NCBI GenBank assembly: GCA_047947115.1
Contig: CP170459.1
Coordinates: 5,216,001 to 5,280,000, forward strand
Direction of reading: 5' to 3'
DNA: 64,000 bases
Origin: Verrucomicrobiota bacterium
GTDB lineage: Bacteria > Verrucomicrobiota > Verrucomicrobiia > Limisphaerales > AAA164-E04
Below are positions 28,825-39,727 of the stretch, one piece after another. Each line of letters begins with the position of its first letter. Position 1 is the stretch's first letter. The position numbers and the translations under genes are program-made. The notes under the pieces are model-generated. The model did not search any database. It was given only the letters and a program-made list of their open reading frames with translations, and had not been told where the DNA came from.

Positions 28825-31710
28825 ATGAAACCCCGATCCAAGAACCGCATTCAGGGCCACAAATCCATCGAACTGGATTGCATCCAAATCCAGGGTGCCC
28901 GCGAGCATAATCTCAAGAACATCGACCTAAAGTTGCCCAAAAAGAAATTTGTGGTGATCACCGGGGTTTCGGGTTCAGGCAAATCGAGTTTGGCTTTTGA
29001 CACGATTTTTGCGGAAGGACAACGTCGTTATGTCGAATCCCTTTCGGCCTACGCCCGGCAATTTATCGGGCAAATGGAGAAACCCAAATTTAACACGATC
29101 AAAGGGTTGTCCCCGACCATTTCCATCGATCAAAAGGCCGCCAGCCGAAACCCACGTTCCACGGTTGGCACGATCACGGAAATTTACGATTACCTGCGAG
29201 TTCTGTTTGCCCGGCTTGGAACGCAATATTGCATCAAGTGCGAAAAACCCGTTGGACGAAGTCACGCTCAATCCATGGTGAACCAAATCCTGAACATACC
29301 GGAAAACACCAGGTTGCTGCTACTGGCGCCTTTGATCGAGAACCGAAAGGGGGAACATCGCGAACGTCTGGCTCAGTTGGTCACGGATGGATTCTCACGC
29401 GTTCGGATTGACGGAGTGATCTACCCGCTGGACTCATTACCAACACTCGACAAACGCAAGAAACACTCCATCGAAATCGTGGTGGACCGCCTGGCCATCC
29501 GAAACCAAAAGGATTTTCATCAACGCGTCACCGATTCCGTCGAACAATGCCTCAAAGTGGGCAATGGACGCATGATCGTTCACATTGTGGACCGCGAGGA
29601 CCTGACCATGAGCGAGAACCGATCCTGTTGTGATCATGCCTACCCCGACCTCGATCCCCCGCTCTTTTCATTCAACGCCCCCCAGGGCATGTGTCCGTCC
29701 TGCAATGGCATCGGCACCCACCTGGCCATCGATCCGGACAAGGTCGTTCCTGACAAAACACTCAGCATCCGCGAAGGTGCCATTGTCCCCTTGAAGAATT
29801 ACTTCGACAGCAAAAAAGGTCCCAAACAATCATGGGGAGCCCGTCAACTTCATGCCATGGAGAAACAATGGAAACTCAACTTCGACAAACCCTGGAACAA
29901 ACTCTCAAAAAACGAACGGGATATCCTGCTGCACGGTTCCAATGGGAAGGAATTCCAAGTGAAATGGAATTCCGAAAAGATCAAGGCAGATGTCAACATG
30001 GCATGGGAAGGCGTGCTCAAAACCATGATGCGCCGATATGAATACACGCAATCAGAACAACAGAAAAAGTTCTACCAATCCTTCATGGCCGAGCAGCCTT
30101 GCCAGGATTGCCACGGTCGTCGACTCAATGCCAAAGCCGCACACGTGCGCCTCCAAGGTAAATCCATCTGCGACCTGGTGGAAATGACCATTGGCGAAGC
30201 CTATGAGTTCATGAAATCCCTGCACTTCGAGGATAATGACCATTTGATCGGAGAAGAATTGGTCAAAGAGATTTCAAATCGACTCAAATTCCTTGTCAAC
30301 GTGGGGCTGGATTATCTGAGTCTATCCAGAAAAGGACCGACCCTGTCAGGCGGAGAATCCCAACGCATCCGACTGGCTTCACAGGTGGGTTCGGAATTGA
30401 CCGGGGTTCTGTACATCCTGGATGAACCCTCCATCGGCCTGCATCAACGCGACAACATCCGCCTCCTCGAAACACTGGCACACCTGAGGGACATCGGCAA
30501 TTCACTGGTCGTGATCGAGCATGACCGTGACACCATGGAAGCCGCCGACTGGATCGTCGACATGGGCCCGGGCGCGGGCTTGTTGGGCGGACAGGTCGTC
30601 GCCGAGGGAACACCCGCATCCATCAAAAGAAACCCTGCATCAGCCACGGGACGTTTCCTATCTGGAAAGCAATCCATTTCCCTTCCCGCCAAACGCCGGG
30701 AACCTTCCAAAGAGACGAATCGATACATCACGATCTGGGAAGCTACGGAGAACAACCTCAAAGGCATGGATGTCCGAATTCCTCTCGGCCTTTTCGTGGC
30801 GGTCAGTGGCGTATCCGGCGCAGGAAAATCAAGCCTGATCAATCGCATTCTTTACCCGGCCTTGTCACGTCACCTTCACGGTTCGACTCAAAAAGTAGGG
30901 AAACATGGCGGCATCGATGGTCTGGATCAAATCGACAAAATCATCAATATCGACCAATCCCCCATTGGCCGGACCCCCCGCAGCAATCCTGCCACCTACA
31001 CCAAAGTGTTCGACCTCATCCGCGATCTGTTTGCCATGCTGCCCGAGGCAAGAGCGGCGGGTTACCAAAAAGGCCGCTTTTCATTCAACGTCAAAGGCGG
31101 ACGTTGCGAAGAATGCCGTGGGGACGGTTCGATCAAAGTTGAAATGCATTTCCTGGCGGATGTTTACGTCCCCTGCCAGACTTGTCATGGCAGGCAATTC
31201 AACGACGCCACCCTGGACATCACCTTCAAAGGCCATTCCATCGCACAAGTGCTGGATTTATCTGTCGAACAAGCCCGCGATCTTTTTGAAAACCAACCCA
31301 AGATAGCAACCATCCTGGGGACACTGATCGATGTCGGCCTGGGATATATCAAGTTGGGACAATCGGCACTCACCTTGTCAGGAGGCGAAGCAAAACGCGT
31401 CAAACTGGCCCGTGAACTGGCCAAGCGCGAAACCGGCCGTACCCTTTATCTGCTCGATGAACCGACCACCGGACTCCATTTCCAGGACATTCAAAAACTC
31501 CTGATGGTTCTTCATCAACTCGTCGAAGCAGGCAATTCCGTCATCGTCATTGAGCACAATCTCGACGTCATCAAAGTCGCCGACTGGATCATCGACATGG
31601 GTCCCGAAGGCGGCCACGCCGGAGGCCAAATCGTCGCGGAAGGCTCACCCGAAACAGTGGCGAAGTGCAAAGGTTCCCATACAGGCACATTCCTGAAAGA
31701 GGTGCTCTGA
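28825..31710 (+). CDS. uvrA: Excinuclease ABC subunit A
   Basis: Motifs [49 protein letters not shown] and [10 protein letters not shown], plus zinc fingers. Confidence 0.97.
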   Translation: MKPRSKNRIQGHKSIELDCIQIQGAREHNLKNIDLKLPKKKFVVITGVSGSGKSSLAFDTIFAEGQRRYVESLSAYARQFIGQMEKPKFNTIKGLSPTISIDQKAASRNPRSTVGTITEIYDYLRVLFARLGTQYCIKCEKPVGRSHAQSMVNQILNIPENTRLLLLAPLIENRKGEHRERLAQLVTDGFSRVRIDGVIYPLDSLPTLDKRKKHSIEIVVDRLAIRNQKDFHQRVTDSVEQCLKVGNGRMIVHIVDREDLTMSENRSCCDHAYPDLDPPLFSFNAPQGMCPSCNGIGTHLAIDPDKVVPDKTLSIREGAIVPLKNYFDSKKGPKQSWGARQLHAMEKQWKLNFDKPWNKLSKNERDILLHGSNGKEFQVKWNSEKIKADVNMAWEGVLKTMMRRYEYTQSEQQKKFYQSFMAEQPCQDCHGRRLNAKAAHVRLQGKSICDLVEMTIGEAYEFMKSLHFEDNDHLIGEELVKEISNRLKFLVNVGLDYLSLSRKGPTLSGGESQRIRLASQVGSELTGVLYILDEPSIGLHQRDNIRLLETLAHLRDIGNSLVVIEHDRDTMEAADWIVDMGPGAGLLGGQVVAEGTPASIKRNPASATGRFLSGKQSISLPAKRREPSKETNRYITIWEATENNLKGMDVRIPLGLFVAVSGVSGAGKSSLINRILYPALSRHLHGSTQKVGKHGGIDGLDQIDKIINIDQSPIGRTPRSNPATYTKVFDLIRDLFAMLPEARAAGYQKGRFSFNVKGGRCEECRGDGSIKVEMHFLADVYVPCQTCHGRQFNDATLDITFKGHSIAQVLDLSVEQARDLFENQPKIATILGTLIDVGLGYIKLGQSALTLSGGEAKRVKLARELAKRETGRTLYLLDEPTTGLHFQDIQKLLMVLHQLVEAGNSVIVIEHNLDVIKVADWIIDMGPEGGHAGGQIVAEGSPETVAKCKGSHTGTFLKEVL

Positions 31711-31737
31711 AAGAATGCCACGCCTCAGCGAGTAAGA

Positions 31738-32023
31738 TCGGATGCGTCAGGGTTTTCCTTTGAAAAGCAAAATTGAAAAAGAAAGCCACAAGGAGCGCAT
31801 TGGGACGATCCGTTCTACCTGCGGTTGCCTCAGGGTAGGACGTGCCGTCCCTGGCGCGTCGCCTTGTGGCAAACAATCCCACAAATCACTTCACAACAGG
31901 CAGCCAAAAGACATCCAACCCAACTATCACCCCGCTCCGATGGGGCGTGATTAGGTCGGATGCGTCAGGGTTTTCTTTTGAAAACCAAAATTGAAAAGGA
32001 AAGCCACAAGGAGCGCATCGGGA
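31738..32023. mobile_element. Tandem partial family-A REPIN elements (right half plus near-complete copy)
   Basis: A right end GGGACGATCCGTTCTACC ends near 31819 and a new left end GGGTAGGACGTGCCGTCCCTGGCGCGTC starts at 31833. A ~68-bp direct repeat starts at 31738 and 31956. Confidence 0.75.
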
Positions 32024-32054
32024 TCCACGCAGTCGCGGGACAGGCTGATACGAT

Positions 32055-33503
32055 TTACCCGATCAAATCGTGGACCACATTTCCGGCGACGTTGGTGAGG
32101 CGGAAGTCGCGGCCCGCGTAGCGGAAGGTGAATTTTTCGTGGTCAAACCCCAGGAGCCACATGATGGTGGCATGGAGGTCGTGGACGTGAACGATGTCTT
32201 CAACGGATTTGAATCCAAACTCGTCAGTGGCTCCGTGCACGTATCCACCGCGCACGCCACCACCGGCCATCCACATGGTGAAGCCGTGGTTGTTGTGATC
32301 ACGTCCGTTGATCTTGCCTGCGTTGGCACCGGGCTTGGGAAGCTCGACGGTCGGAGTGCGTCCGAATTCACCACCCCAGATCACAAGGGTATCTTCGAAC
32401 ATGCCCCGTTGTTTGAGGTCGGTGAGCAAAGCGCCGATGGGCTGATCGCTTTCGCGCGCCAGTCGTCCGTGGTTCTTTTCGATGTCGTCGTGATTGTCCC
32501 AGGGCTGCCCTGCTCCATGCCATAACTGAACGAAGCGCACGCCCCGTTCCAACAATCTCCGGGCAATGAGCATCTGCCGTCCTTGCACGCCGTCGCCATA
32601 CATCTCGCGGATGTATTGAGGTTCGCGCTGAATGTCGAAGGCGTCGGTCGCATCCATCTGCATGCGATAAGCGAGTTCGAACGATTGAATGCGGGCTTCC
32701 AATTGAGGGTCATTGGATCGCTCGGCGGCATGTTGCCGGTTGATGCGTTTCAACAGATCCAATTGTCGACGCTGCGCGGCAAGGGAAAGGTCTTTGTTTT
32801 TGATGTGCTCGATCAGTTTTTCAACATCCTGATGTTTGGTGTTGATGTAGGTACCCTGAAACACACCGGGGAGGAATCCGGACTGCCAGTTCTGGGATTC
32901 CTGAATCGGGTATCCCCCGGGACACATGACGATGAAACCCGGCAGATTCTGGTTTTCGCTTCCCAGTCCGTACGTCACCCACGATCCCACACTGGGGCGC
33001 ACCAGACGGGCTTCACCGCAGTTCATCAACATCAGGGAAGGCTCGTGATTCGGCACATCCGCTTTCATCGAACGAATCACGGCGATGTCATCGATGCACT
33101 CGGCGACATGCGGGAAGAGATCACTGACTTCGATACCGCTTTGCCCATATTTTGTAAAAGCAAAGGGCGAAGCGAAGGCCGCGCCTGTCTGACGTTCGGT
33201 TTTGAGATTGCCTGTGGGGAGCATTTGACCGGCATATTTGTCCAGCATGGGTTTGGGATCGAAGGTATCCACATGCGACGGCCCCCCATTCATGAAAAGG
33301 TGAATCACCCGTTTGGCCCGGCCCAGCATCGGCGGGTACTTCGGCGCGAGTGGAACGGACACATCGGCGGCCAGTTTCGGAGCCACGCTCAGCATGCCCG
33401 CGCCGCCCAAAGCGCTGCTCAACCCCAAGGAACCAAATCCCATCCCCACGCGTAACAGGAATTCACGGCGATTGGGCGTCTGGTCGGATGTTTCGTCTTT
33501 CAT
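32055..33503 (-). CDS. DUF1501 family protein (Tat-like leader)
   Basis: NRREFL leader and motifs GGPSHVDTFDPKP, SFELAYRMQ, WDNH, GGEFGRTP and GRDH. Confidence 0.9.
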   Translation of the reverse strand: MKDETSDQTPNRREFLLRVGMGFGSLGLSSALGGAGMLSVAPKLAADVSVPLAPKYPPMLGRAKRVIHLFMNGGPSHVDTFDPKPMLDKYAGQMLPTGNLKTERQTGAAFASPFAFTKYGQSGIEVSDLFPHVAECIDDIAVIRSMKADVPNHEPSLMLMNCGEARLVRPSVGSWVTYGLGSENQNLPGFIVMCPGGYPIQESQNWQSGFLPGVFQGTYINTKHQDVEKLIEHIKNKDLSLAAQRRQLDLLKRINRQHAAERSNDPQLEARIQSFELAYRMQMDATDAFDIQREPQYIREMYGDGVQGRQMLIARRLLERGVRFVQLWHGAGQPWDNHDDIEKNHGRLARESDQPIGALLTDLKQRGMFEDTLVIWGGEFGRTPTVELPKPGANAGKINGRDHNNHGFTMWMAGGGVRGGYVHGATDEFGFKSVEDIVHVHDLHATIMWLLGFDHEKFTFRYAGRDFRLTNVAGNVVHDLIG

Positions 33504-33584
33504 GCCGATACTCTACCTCAAGGCATGGTCCTGCGCCAAGTCGTTCTTGTTGGGAGGGGCTCCAGCAATAGGATGCGTTGGCAG

Positions 33585-33666
33585 GCCACCTGCTGGCGCA
33601 GGCGGCTACGGTGAATTCACCATTCAAAAGCCACCTGTTGGCGCCATCGGCTACCGCAGCGGCTAC
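33585..33666 (-). repeat. GTAG-type REP cluster, family B
   Basis: Minus-strand GTAGCCGCCTGC-GCCA-GCAGGTGGC (33585-33609), a degenerate copy (33630-33654) and a third GTAGCC. The first two are separated by the palindrome GGTGAATTCACC. Confidence 0.7.
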
Positions 33667-33854
33667 TGACTTGGCTGTGAAGGGTGCATGAATGGGACGG
33701 GTTCGGGATTGGGGATGCCGCTTTGATGACGGTAAATACCGTAGAGCCCCAAAGCGACCATGATAAAGAAAGCGATCATCATACCGGCAAACAACTTCCC
33801 GAACCAGGGTTGCCCTGTTTGCTCTCCATGTTTATTGTGATCGTCTTCGTTCAT
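33663..33854 (-). CDS. Small hypothetical single-pass membrane protein (63 aa)
   Basis: MNEDDH...WFGKLFAGMMIAFFIMVALGLYGIY with a hydrophobic helix and Pro-rich tail; co-oriented with its neighbours. Confidence 0.5.
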   Translation of the reverse strand: MNEDDHNKHGEQTGQPWFGKLFAGMMIAFFIMVALGLYGIYRHQSGIPNPEPVPFMHPSQPSQ

Positions 33855-33909
33855 GAATGGTTTTGAAACGATTTTCAATTCGGCCAACCTACACCTTTGC
33901 CTCGGTTTA

Positions 33910-34668
33910 TCAATCTCCGGATGCTTCTTTTTCCAGCGAAGCCAACACCTCGGGATCACGCACGTCCACCCAACGTCCTTCGATCTTGAGCCCGGCAATG
34001 GTCTTTTGATCATTTACCAGCGCCGAGATGGCGTCGGTCAGTTCGTATTCGCCTCGGGGGGATTTTTCGAGTCGATCCATGTATTCGAATGCTTCCGCAT
34101 TGAATATATATACGCCTGCATTGTACCACACCGGATCCCCATCCTTCAACGTGCCGTCCGCTTTCAACGCATCCAGCTGGGCCTGTGAGGGCTTCTCGAC
34201 GAGTTGCGTCAGACAAAAGTTTTCGTCGAAGAAATTGATGCCGCCTTTTTTGACGTCTTCACCTTCGGTCACCGTGAGGAGCCCGGCAAAATTTCCTTCG
34301 CCATACCGCCGCACCATGTCCGCATAGGTCTGAGGGCGCACCAGGATGTCGCCATAGGTCAGCAGAAAATCATCTTCCCCCACATAATCACGTGCGGGCA
34401 ACGAAGCGCGTCCTGTGCCGTCCTGGATTTCCTGACGTCGATAAACGATCTCAACCCCAAAAGCAGATCCATCCCCGAAATGGGATTCGATGACCTCGGC
34501 TTTCCAGCCTGTGATCAGGCAGATCCGGGTGATCCCAGCGGATTTCAATCCGCCAATGATGTGTTCCAGAATGGGTTTTCCTTCGACAGGTAGCATGGGT
34601 TTGGGGAGTTCCTGGGTGAGTTCCCCCATACGGGTGCCTTTGCCTGCGGCTAAAATGACTGCTTTCAT
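33910..34668 (-). CDS. Sugar-phosphate nucleotidyltransferase (NTP_transferase family)
   Basis: Motifs MKAVILAAGKGTRM, PKPML, QDGTG, YGD, VEKP and SPRGEYELTDAI. Confidence 0.9.
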   Translation of the reverse strand: MKAVILAAGKGTRMGELTQELPKPMLPVEGKPILEHIIGGLKSAGITRICLITGWKAEVIESHFGDGSAFGVEIVYRRQEIQDGTGRASLPARDYVGEDDFLLTYGDILVRPQTYADMVRRYGEGNFAGLLTVTEGEDVKKGGINFFDENFCLTQLVEKPSQAQLDALKADGTLKDGDPVWYNAGVYIFNAEAFEYMDRLEKSPRGEYELTDAISALVNDQKTIAGLKIEGRWVDVRDPEVLASLEKEASGD

Positions 34669-34675
34669 GGGTTGT

Positions 34676-34711
34676 AAATAAACGGGCGGCGGCCAGAACA
34701 ACCGCCGCCCG
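34676..34711 (-). terminator. Intrinsic terminator-like hairpin between apgM and the nucleotidyltransferase
   Basis: A 10-bp perfect stem CGGGCGGCGG/CCGCCGCCCG followed on the minus strand by TTTATTT. Confidence 0.65.
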
Positions 34712-34731
34712 AGGTAAGGTTTCAGGATAAA

Positions 34732-35958
34732 TTAAGCACCAAACTTGTCGAACATTCGCGCATGGGCCTGCATGTGGCGCATCAGGAATTTGGCTTCGAG
34801 CTGTCCCAACGAACCGATGTTGGCTCCGGTCTCAGTGAATCGATCGAGCTTGTCGGAACCGGAAACATCAGAAGTCAACAGAACCGGCTGTGGGTGCCAT
34901 GAGTGTCCTTTCATGGGACAAGGAGTGGAGTGATCACCGGTGATCGCCAACACATCCGGACGCTTCTGCAACAGGATCGGCAGGGCTTCGTCCAGTTCTT
35001 CAATGGCTTTTTTCTTGGCTTCAAAGTTGCCGTCTTCACCGTACATGTCGGTGTATTTGTAATGAATGAAGAAGAAATCGTAGTTGTCGTATTCCTCAAG
35101 GTAACGATTGAACTGCTCGCTGATGGATTGCGGACCTTCAATCTTGTCCATCCCCACCAATTGAGCCAGCCCTTTGTACATCGGATAAACCGCAAGGCAA
35201 GCGGCTTTGAGCTGATACCGTTCTTCGAAAGTCGGAATGTTGGGCTGATGAGCGATACCGCGCATCAGGAAACCATTGGCAGGGCGTTCGTTTTTGATGA
35301 TCGGTAGGGCTTTTTCGTAAAAGGCCTTGATCAGTTTAGCTGCCTTCTGGGCTTTCTTGGAAGAGGCATCGACGGGAGCCGCATCGGCGATCGGCAATCC
35401 TTCACGCTGAGGATCGGTATCGCTCAGGGGTCCTTCCAGTCCTTTACCGCGGAAAATGACGACGAAACGATGTCCTTTACCAGGCTGAATGATGACTTCG
35501 GCATCGGAAACTTTTTTGATCTTCGCGGACAACATCGCACACAGGCGTTCGCATTCTTCGGTCTCGATACGACCGGCACGACGATCCGTCACCAAACCCT
35601 CAGCATCCAGAGAACAGAAGTTGGCGCGTGCCGCCACATCGCCGGACTTGAGTTCCAGACCCAATCCCAGAGCCTCAATCACACCACGTCCCACCTGGGT
35701 ATCGATTGGATCGTAGCCAAACAAGGCCAAGTGGCCTGGTCCGCTGCCAGGGGTGATACCGGGCGCCACGGGAGTCATACGTCCTTGAATGGATTCGCGG
35801 CTCAACTGATCCATATTGGGTGTTTTGGCCGCTTCGAGCGGTGTCAGGAAACCACTGTCCTTGGTGGCGAGATCTCCTACACCATCCAGCACTACGAGAG
35901 CCAGCTTGGCCTTGGTCGGCAAGGTCAACTTGGCGTACAATTCGTCGAGTTTTGTCAT
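34732..35958 (-). CDS. apgM: 2,3-bisphosphoglycerate-independent phosphoglycerate mutase (ApgM type)
   Basis: Motifs VLDGVGD, TPLEAAKTPNMD, PGSGPGHLALFGYDP, GRGVIEALG, DRRAGRI, TGDHSTP and HSWHP. Confidence 0.92.
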   Translation of the reverse strand: MTKLDELYAKLTLPTKAKLALVVLDGVGDLATKDSGFLTPLEAAKTPNMDQLSRESIQGRMTPVAPGITPGSGPGHLALFGYDPIDTQVGRGVIEALGLGLELKSGDVAARANFCSLDAEGLVTDRRAGRIETEECERLCAMLSAKIKKVSDAEVIIQPGKGHRFVVIFRGKGLEGPLSDTDPQREGLPIADAAPVDASSKKAQKAAKLIKAFYEKALPIIKNERPANGFLMRGIAHQPNIPTFEERYQLKAACLAVYPMYKGLAQLVGMDKIEGPQSISEQFNRYLEEYDNYDFFFIHYKYTDMYGEDGNFEAKKKAIEELDEALPILLQKRPDVLAITGDHSTPCPMKGHSWHPQPVLLTSDVSGSDKLDRFTETGANIGSLGQLEAKFLMRHMQAHARMFDKFGA

Positions 35959-36200
35959 TTCAGTTTTTAGTTATCAATCTTGAGGTTCAAGGAAGGACGG
36001 CAAGCAGGCACAGCAACACCCCCTGTTCATTTTGTATAGAAATCACCCCGTCGCGAAACAGCCCCGGCCAATCCATCCGGGCAGACGATATTGAATAGAA
36101 TAAAAGCGGAGGTCAACCGGATATTGACAATACAGTTAAATTTCTTATGCAGTGAGCGTTACAATCACAAAAACCCCACCCCAAGGTTCCCAACAGCGCT

Positions 36201-36986
36201 TCAAAGGGCTTTGGACCGACGCCATTCAGAGATCAGCAAGACAATCTTCCATACTTCCTCCTCGTTCAGAGCCTCGGCGAAAGCGGGCATCGGAGTGCCG
36301 GTCATCCCGGTGAGGATGGTTCGCAAAAGGTCTTCTTCACTTTCACCGCAGCCAAGCGGTGTCAAGAGGTTGGCAGGTCGGACAGGGTGACCGTAGGAAT
36401 CCATCAATGTCGCGGCGGCCGGACCATTACCCAGGCCTTGTTCCCCATGACAGGGCGCACAATTCCGGGCGAACATGACCTTGCCGGATTCAACCGCCTC
36501 CCGATGCCCTGTATCGGATTCCATGAACTCAGGTTTGGACGGCAGCAGCACCGCATCGGCATGAAACTCTTCCTTACGCCATTTGCGCGAAAAGTATTTG
36601 ATGTATTCCGAAACTGCTTCGAGGTCCTTATCACTCATGTCGTGAAAGGTCGGCATGGCAGACCCGGCGATACCTTGAAGTATGGTGCGTTTAATGTCGG
36701 CATTGGTGGGAAGTTTGCCGTAAGGAGTGGATCGGTATTTAAAATCTCCGGTGGAAAAATCCCGCGGAAACACCTCCCAATCCATGGTCACCAATTCACC
36801 GTCCCCACGGCCGCGCTCACCATGGCAGGGTTGGCAGGATACCTTGTAAATGTGTTTACCCGACAGGTAGAGGGATCGGTCAGGTGGGGTGCTTTTGCCT
36901 TTGGACGCGTCATCGGCGTGATGCACCATCACACCAACAAACAACACTCCCCAAATTACCCGGATGAACTGGTAGCGAATCCGCAT
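36201..36986 (-). CDS. Di-heme c-type cytochrome (two class I domains)
   Basis: CQPCH...PRDF...SAMP and CAPCH...TPMP, plus an N-terminal signal/anchor. Confidence 0.88.
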   Translation of the reverse strand: MRIRYQFIRVIWGVLFVGVMVHHADDASKGKSTPPDRSLYLSGKHIYKVSCQPCHGERGRGDGELVTMDWEVFPRDFSTGDFKYRSTPYGKLPTNADIKRTILQGIAGSAMPTFHDMSDKDLEAVSEYIKYFSRKWRKEEFHADAVLLPSKPEFMESDTGHREAVESGKVMFARNCAPCHGEQGLGNGPAAATLMDSYGHPVRPANLLTPLGCGESEEDLLRTILTGMTGTPMPAFAEALNEEEVWKIVLLISEWRRSKAL

Positions 36987-37448
36987 ATTGACCGGCGTCC
37001 ATGGTATACACTTGCAGTCGTTCCTGACAACAAAATGCCGTATAAAACCAGTATCACCCTCTACGCGGCAACCTCACTTTGGATCATGTTGTGCAGCACC
37101 CGCCCTGAATCCAACATGGATGCAATATCTTTTGCTTGTGATGGTTGCCGGATCATTCAAAGTGTTTGCGCATAGGGGGCCGCTGAGGCTTCTCATCCTT
37201 GTGCCACCTGGGCGAGAGACGCAATGAGTCAGAAGTTCTTTCTGAAATTACTTTTGGCAAATGTTAGAAATACGGCCCATGGATGTTTGATTCAAAGTCT
37301 TGGGGATTGGAAAAGATGGTCTGCAACCCATCAGTGCGTTTCCCCCCCCCATTCAAAGCTGTTTCGAGTCGCGACAATCCAAGTCACAACGACATTAACC
37401 GGATGTAACCGGAAAAGCGGACATGCCGCTTCCAATGGAAATCGCGTG

Positions 37449-37940
37449 TCAACAGACAAAAACAATCTTCCCTGAGAGTCCGCTTTTCAATTGGTAGCTT
37501 GAGCCTGCTTTTTTTCCTTTGAGAGCGGCACCGACCGGGGATTCGGGAGTGATGACAGTGACAACACCCATTTCAAGCTTCAATTCGATGCCGCCGCCGT
37601 GGTGCATGAGGAAGAAAAAATCCCGGAATCCGTCGATATCCACTTCCACAAACGCGCCGATTCCAATGGGTTTGTCTTGAAAGGAAACAGTGCTCATGGA
37701 TCGCAGTTCATCTATCTGGGCAGCCAGTTGTTTGAACTGCATTGCATGCCCCCTCGCCAGGTACGAAGCCTCCAACCCACAAGTATCCCACTTGGTTTCA
37801 GCCCGGGATTCTTCGTTGGTTGCCCCATCGGAAGCCTGTTTATTGGCGGCATGGTGTCGTCGCAACTGAGATTCCATGCATTCCAGCAATGCCTTCATCA
37901 ATTCTGATTTATCCATTTTACAGAAGCGATCCATGCCCAA
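37449..37940 (-). CDS. GreA/GreB-family elongation factor-like protein
   Basis: Coiled-coil with ETKWDTCGLEASYLARG and C-terminal VITPESPVGAALKGKKAG. The start is uncertain. Confidence 0.8.
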   Translation of the reverse strand: MGMDRFCKMDKSELMKALLECMESQLRRHHAANKQASDGATNEESRAETKWDTCGLEASYLARGHAMQFKQLAAQIDELRSMSTVSFQDKPIGIGAFVEVDIDGFRDFFFLMHHGGGIELKLEMGVVTVITPESPVGAALKGKKAGSSYQLKSGLSGKIVFVC

Positions 37941-37980
37941 AAATATCCCACATTGTCAATCCGATAACCCGCTTTTGAGC

Positions 37981-38093
37981 GGTGAATTTAGAATGGTAAT
38001 TGGGCATCCTTTGGTGAGAAAAGTCCAAGGGCACGCTGCTTACTCCATCCGCATAGCTGGCTCCAGCAGACGGACCGGAACTATCCGATCTAC
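37981..38093. repeat. Heptamer repeat plus degenerate family-A right end
   Basis: GGTGAAT TTAGAAT GGTAATT resembles 3601-3636. CGGACCGGAACTATCCGATCTAC (38071-38093) resembles the right end of the 21024-21234 element. Confidence 0.5.
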
Positions 38094-39526
38094 TTGTCGC
38101 GCTGGTCTTTAATGGAATGCTTATACCCGGAGATGTCATTGTTCTTGAGCGTGGCATGAGAGCCTTTTCCAATGGAAATGCCACTCCCGCCATCCTGACC
38201 TTCGAGTCGGTTGCGAGCAGCGATCAGGTTCCCCTGAAGCAACACGCCCGCCACGCCACCACCGGTGATGTGATTGTCGATGACAATGGCCTGACTCCCG
38301 TCAAGGATGGCAATGATTGGGGGCATCCCGCCTGTTCGAGTCAACACGTTTTCCTTGAGCACTACTTCGCTGCGATCGCGAATGCCGATGGCGACGAGTT
38401 GATTCTCGAGACATTTATTTTCGGCCACAAGGGCCTTGGATTGCTGACTGACCCCGATGCCGGCGGATTTGTTGTTTTCAAGCCGGTTACGGAGGATGGT
38501 GGGAGAGGCGGATTCTGATCCGATGCCTGCCGCTCCGTTTTCGTAACAGTGATTCCCTATCACCAGTGGCGAGGCATGATCGCTGCAGCCAATCCCGGCA
38601 AGGCTGTTGCGGTAGCAACGGTTGGAGCGCAACACGGGAGCGGATTTCTCGGTGCAACCTATTCCTGCCATACCGTTCTCGTAACAATCATTATCCTCAA
38701 CCACCGGACGGGTATTGACTCCGGTTCGGATACCGATCCCGGCACGTCGATTACCATGACAACGATTTCCCCGCACCACGGGGTTGGCACCGTTGCTGAT
38801 ACCTATTCCGGCGCGGACATTGTTATAACAATCATTACCGGTAACCACTGGACTGGCATTGTGATGCCCGATCCCGGCATGGAAATTTTCGAAACAAATG
38901 TTGTCAGTAATCATGGCGGTGGAACCATTCATCGACCCAATACCTCCTCCCATATTTCGATAACAGACATTGCCTGATATGAGCGGGGAACATTCCTTTT
39001 GATCCACACCTTGTATTGCAATGCCGGTGTGCCCGTTGTGGTGAACAACGTTGTTGATGACCTTGCAGCCCCACCCTGAAACGGAGATGGCAGGAACACT
39101 GAAACGACCGATGTCTTCATGAGATTGATTCATCCCTTTTTCATTCCTATGCCGCTGCCAAAGCTCATCATCAAAACCCCCCATTCCGGAAACAGTGAAT
39201 CCGTCCAAAGTTGCCCCCTCGGCCATGGTTACTCCGGCAACATCTCCGTCACTACCACCACCATCCAGAATGGTTATCTCGGCGCGCTTCAATCCGACAA
39301 CGCCCACTTCATCCGCACCTTTGCTGCGGAGGATAAGATCAGGTTTTAACTGAACGCGCTCCAGATAAACACCCGGGAGCACCACGATGACATCGTTTGC
39401 CTGGGCGGCATCGATGGCGGCCTGGATGGTTTGGAAGTCAGTGGGAACTTCTATCTCGCGTGCAGAAAGCTGGACGGTTACGACCATGAGGATCATGCAG
39501 ATGAGGAAAGTTAATGATTTTGTCAT
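38090..39526 (-). CDS. Secreted right-handed parallel beta-helix repeat protein
   Basis: Signal peptide, VPTDFQTIQAAIDAA, and many ~22-aa NxCYxNxxAGIG repeats. Confidence 0.85.
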   Translation of the reverse strand: MTKSLTFLICMILMVVTVQLSAREIEVPTDFQTIQAAIDAAQANDVIVVLPGVYLERVQLKPDLILRSKGADEVGVVGLKRAEITILDGGGSDGDVAGVTMAEGATLDGFTVSGMGGFDDELWQRHRNEKGMNQSHEDIGRFSVPAISVSGWGCKVINNVVHHNGHTGIAIQGVDQKECSPLISGNVCYRNMGGGIGSMNGSTAMITDNICFENFHAGIGHHNASPVVTGNDCYNNVRAGIGISNGANPVVRGNRCHGNRRAGIGIRTGVNTRPVVEDNDCYENGMAGIGCTEKSAPVLRSNRCYRNSLAGIGCSDHASPLVIGNHCYENGAAGIGSESASPTILRNRLENNKSAGIGVSQQSKALVAENKCLENQLVAIGIRDRSEVVLKENVLTRTGGMPPIIAILDGSQAIVIDNHITGGGVAGVLLQGNLIAARNRLEGQDGGSGISIGKGSHATLKNNDISGYKHSIKDQRDK

Positions 39527-39727
39527 ATGAATGAAGCAGGTTCAGGGTTTTCTCTTTGAATGATCGAGGTTTTTCCACTTCCTCTTTCGAATCTGAAACT
39601 CACCACGAAAACGTTCGCCCTTCCCAAGGTACAGCTCCGAATTTGAGACAGTGAAACAAGCATCGGTCTTCTTCATGGAATGCACCCTATGAGAAGAATC
39701 AGAAACTTACAATGAAAGGATCACCTG

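Noticed and set aside
37342..37350. C9 homopolymer (and A9 at 60240-60248) as phase-variation tracts
   Set aside because: They are short, intergenic and not demonstrably within a promoter or CDS; there is no evidence of variation.
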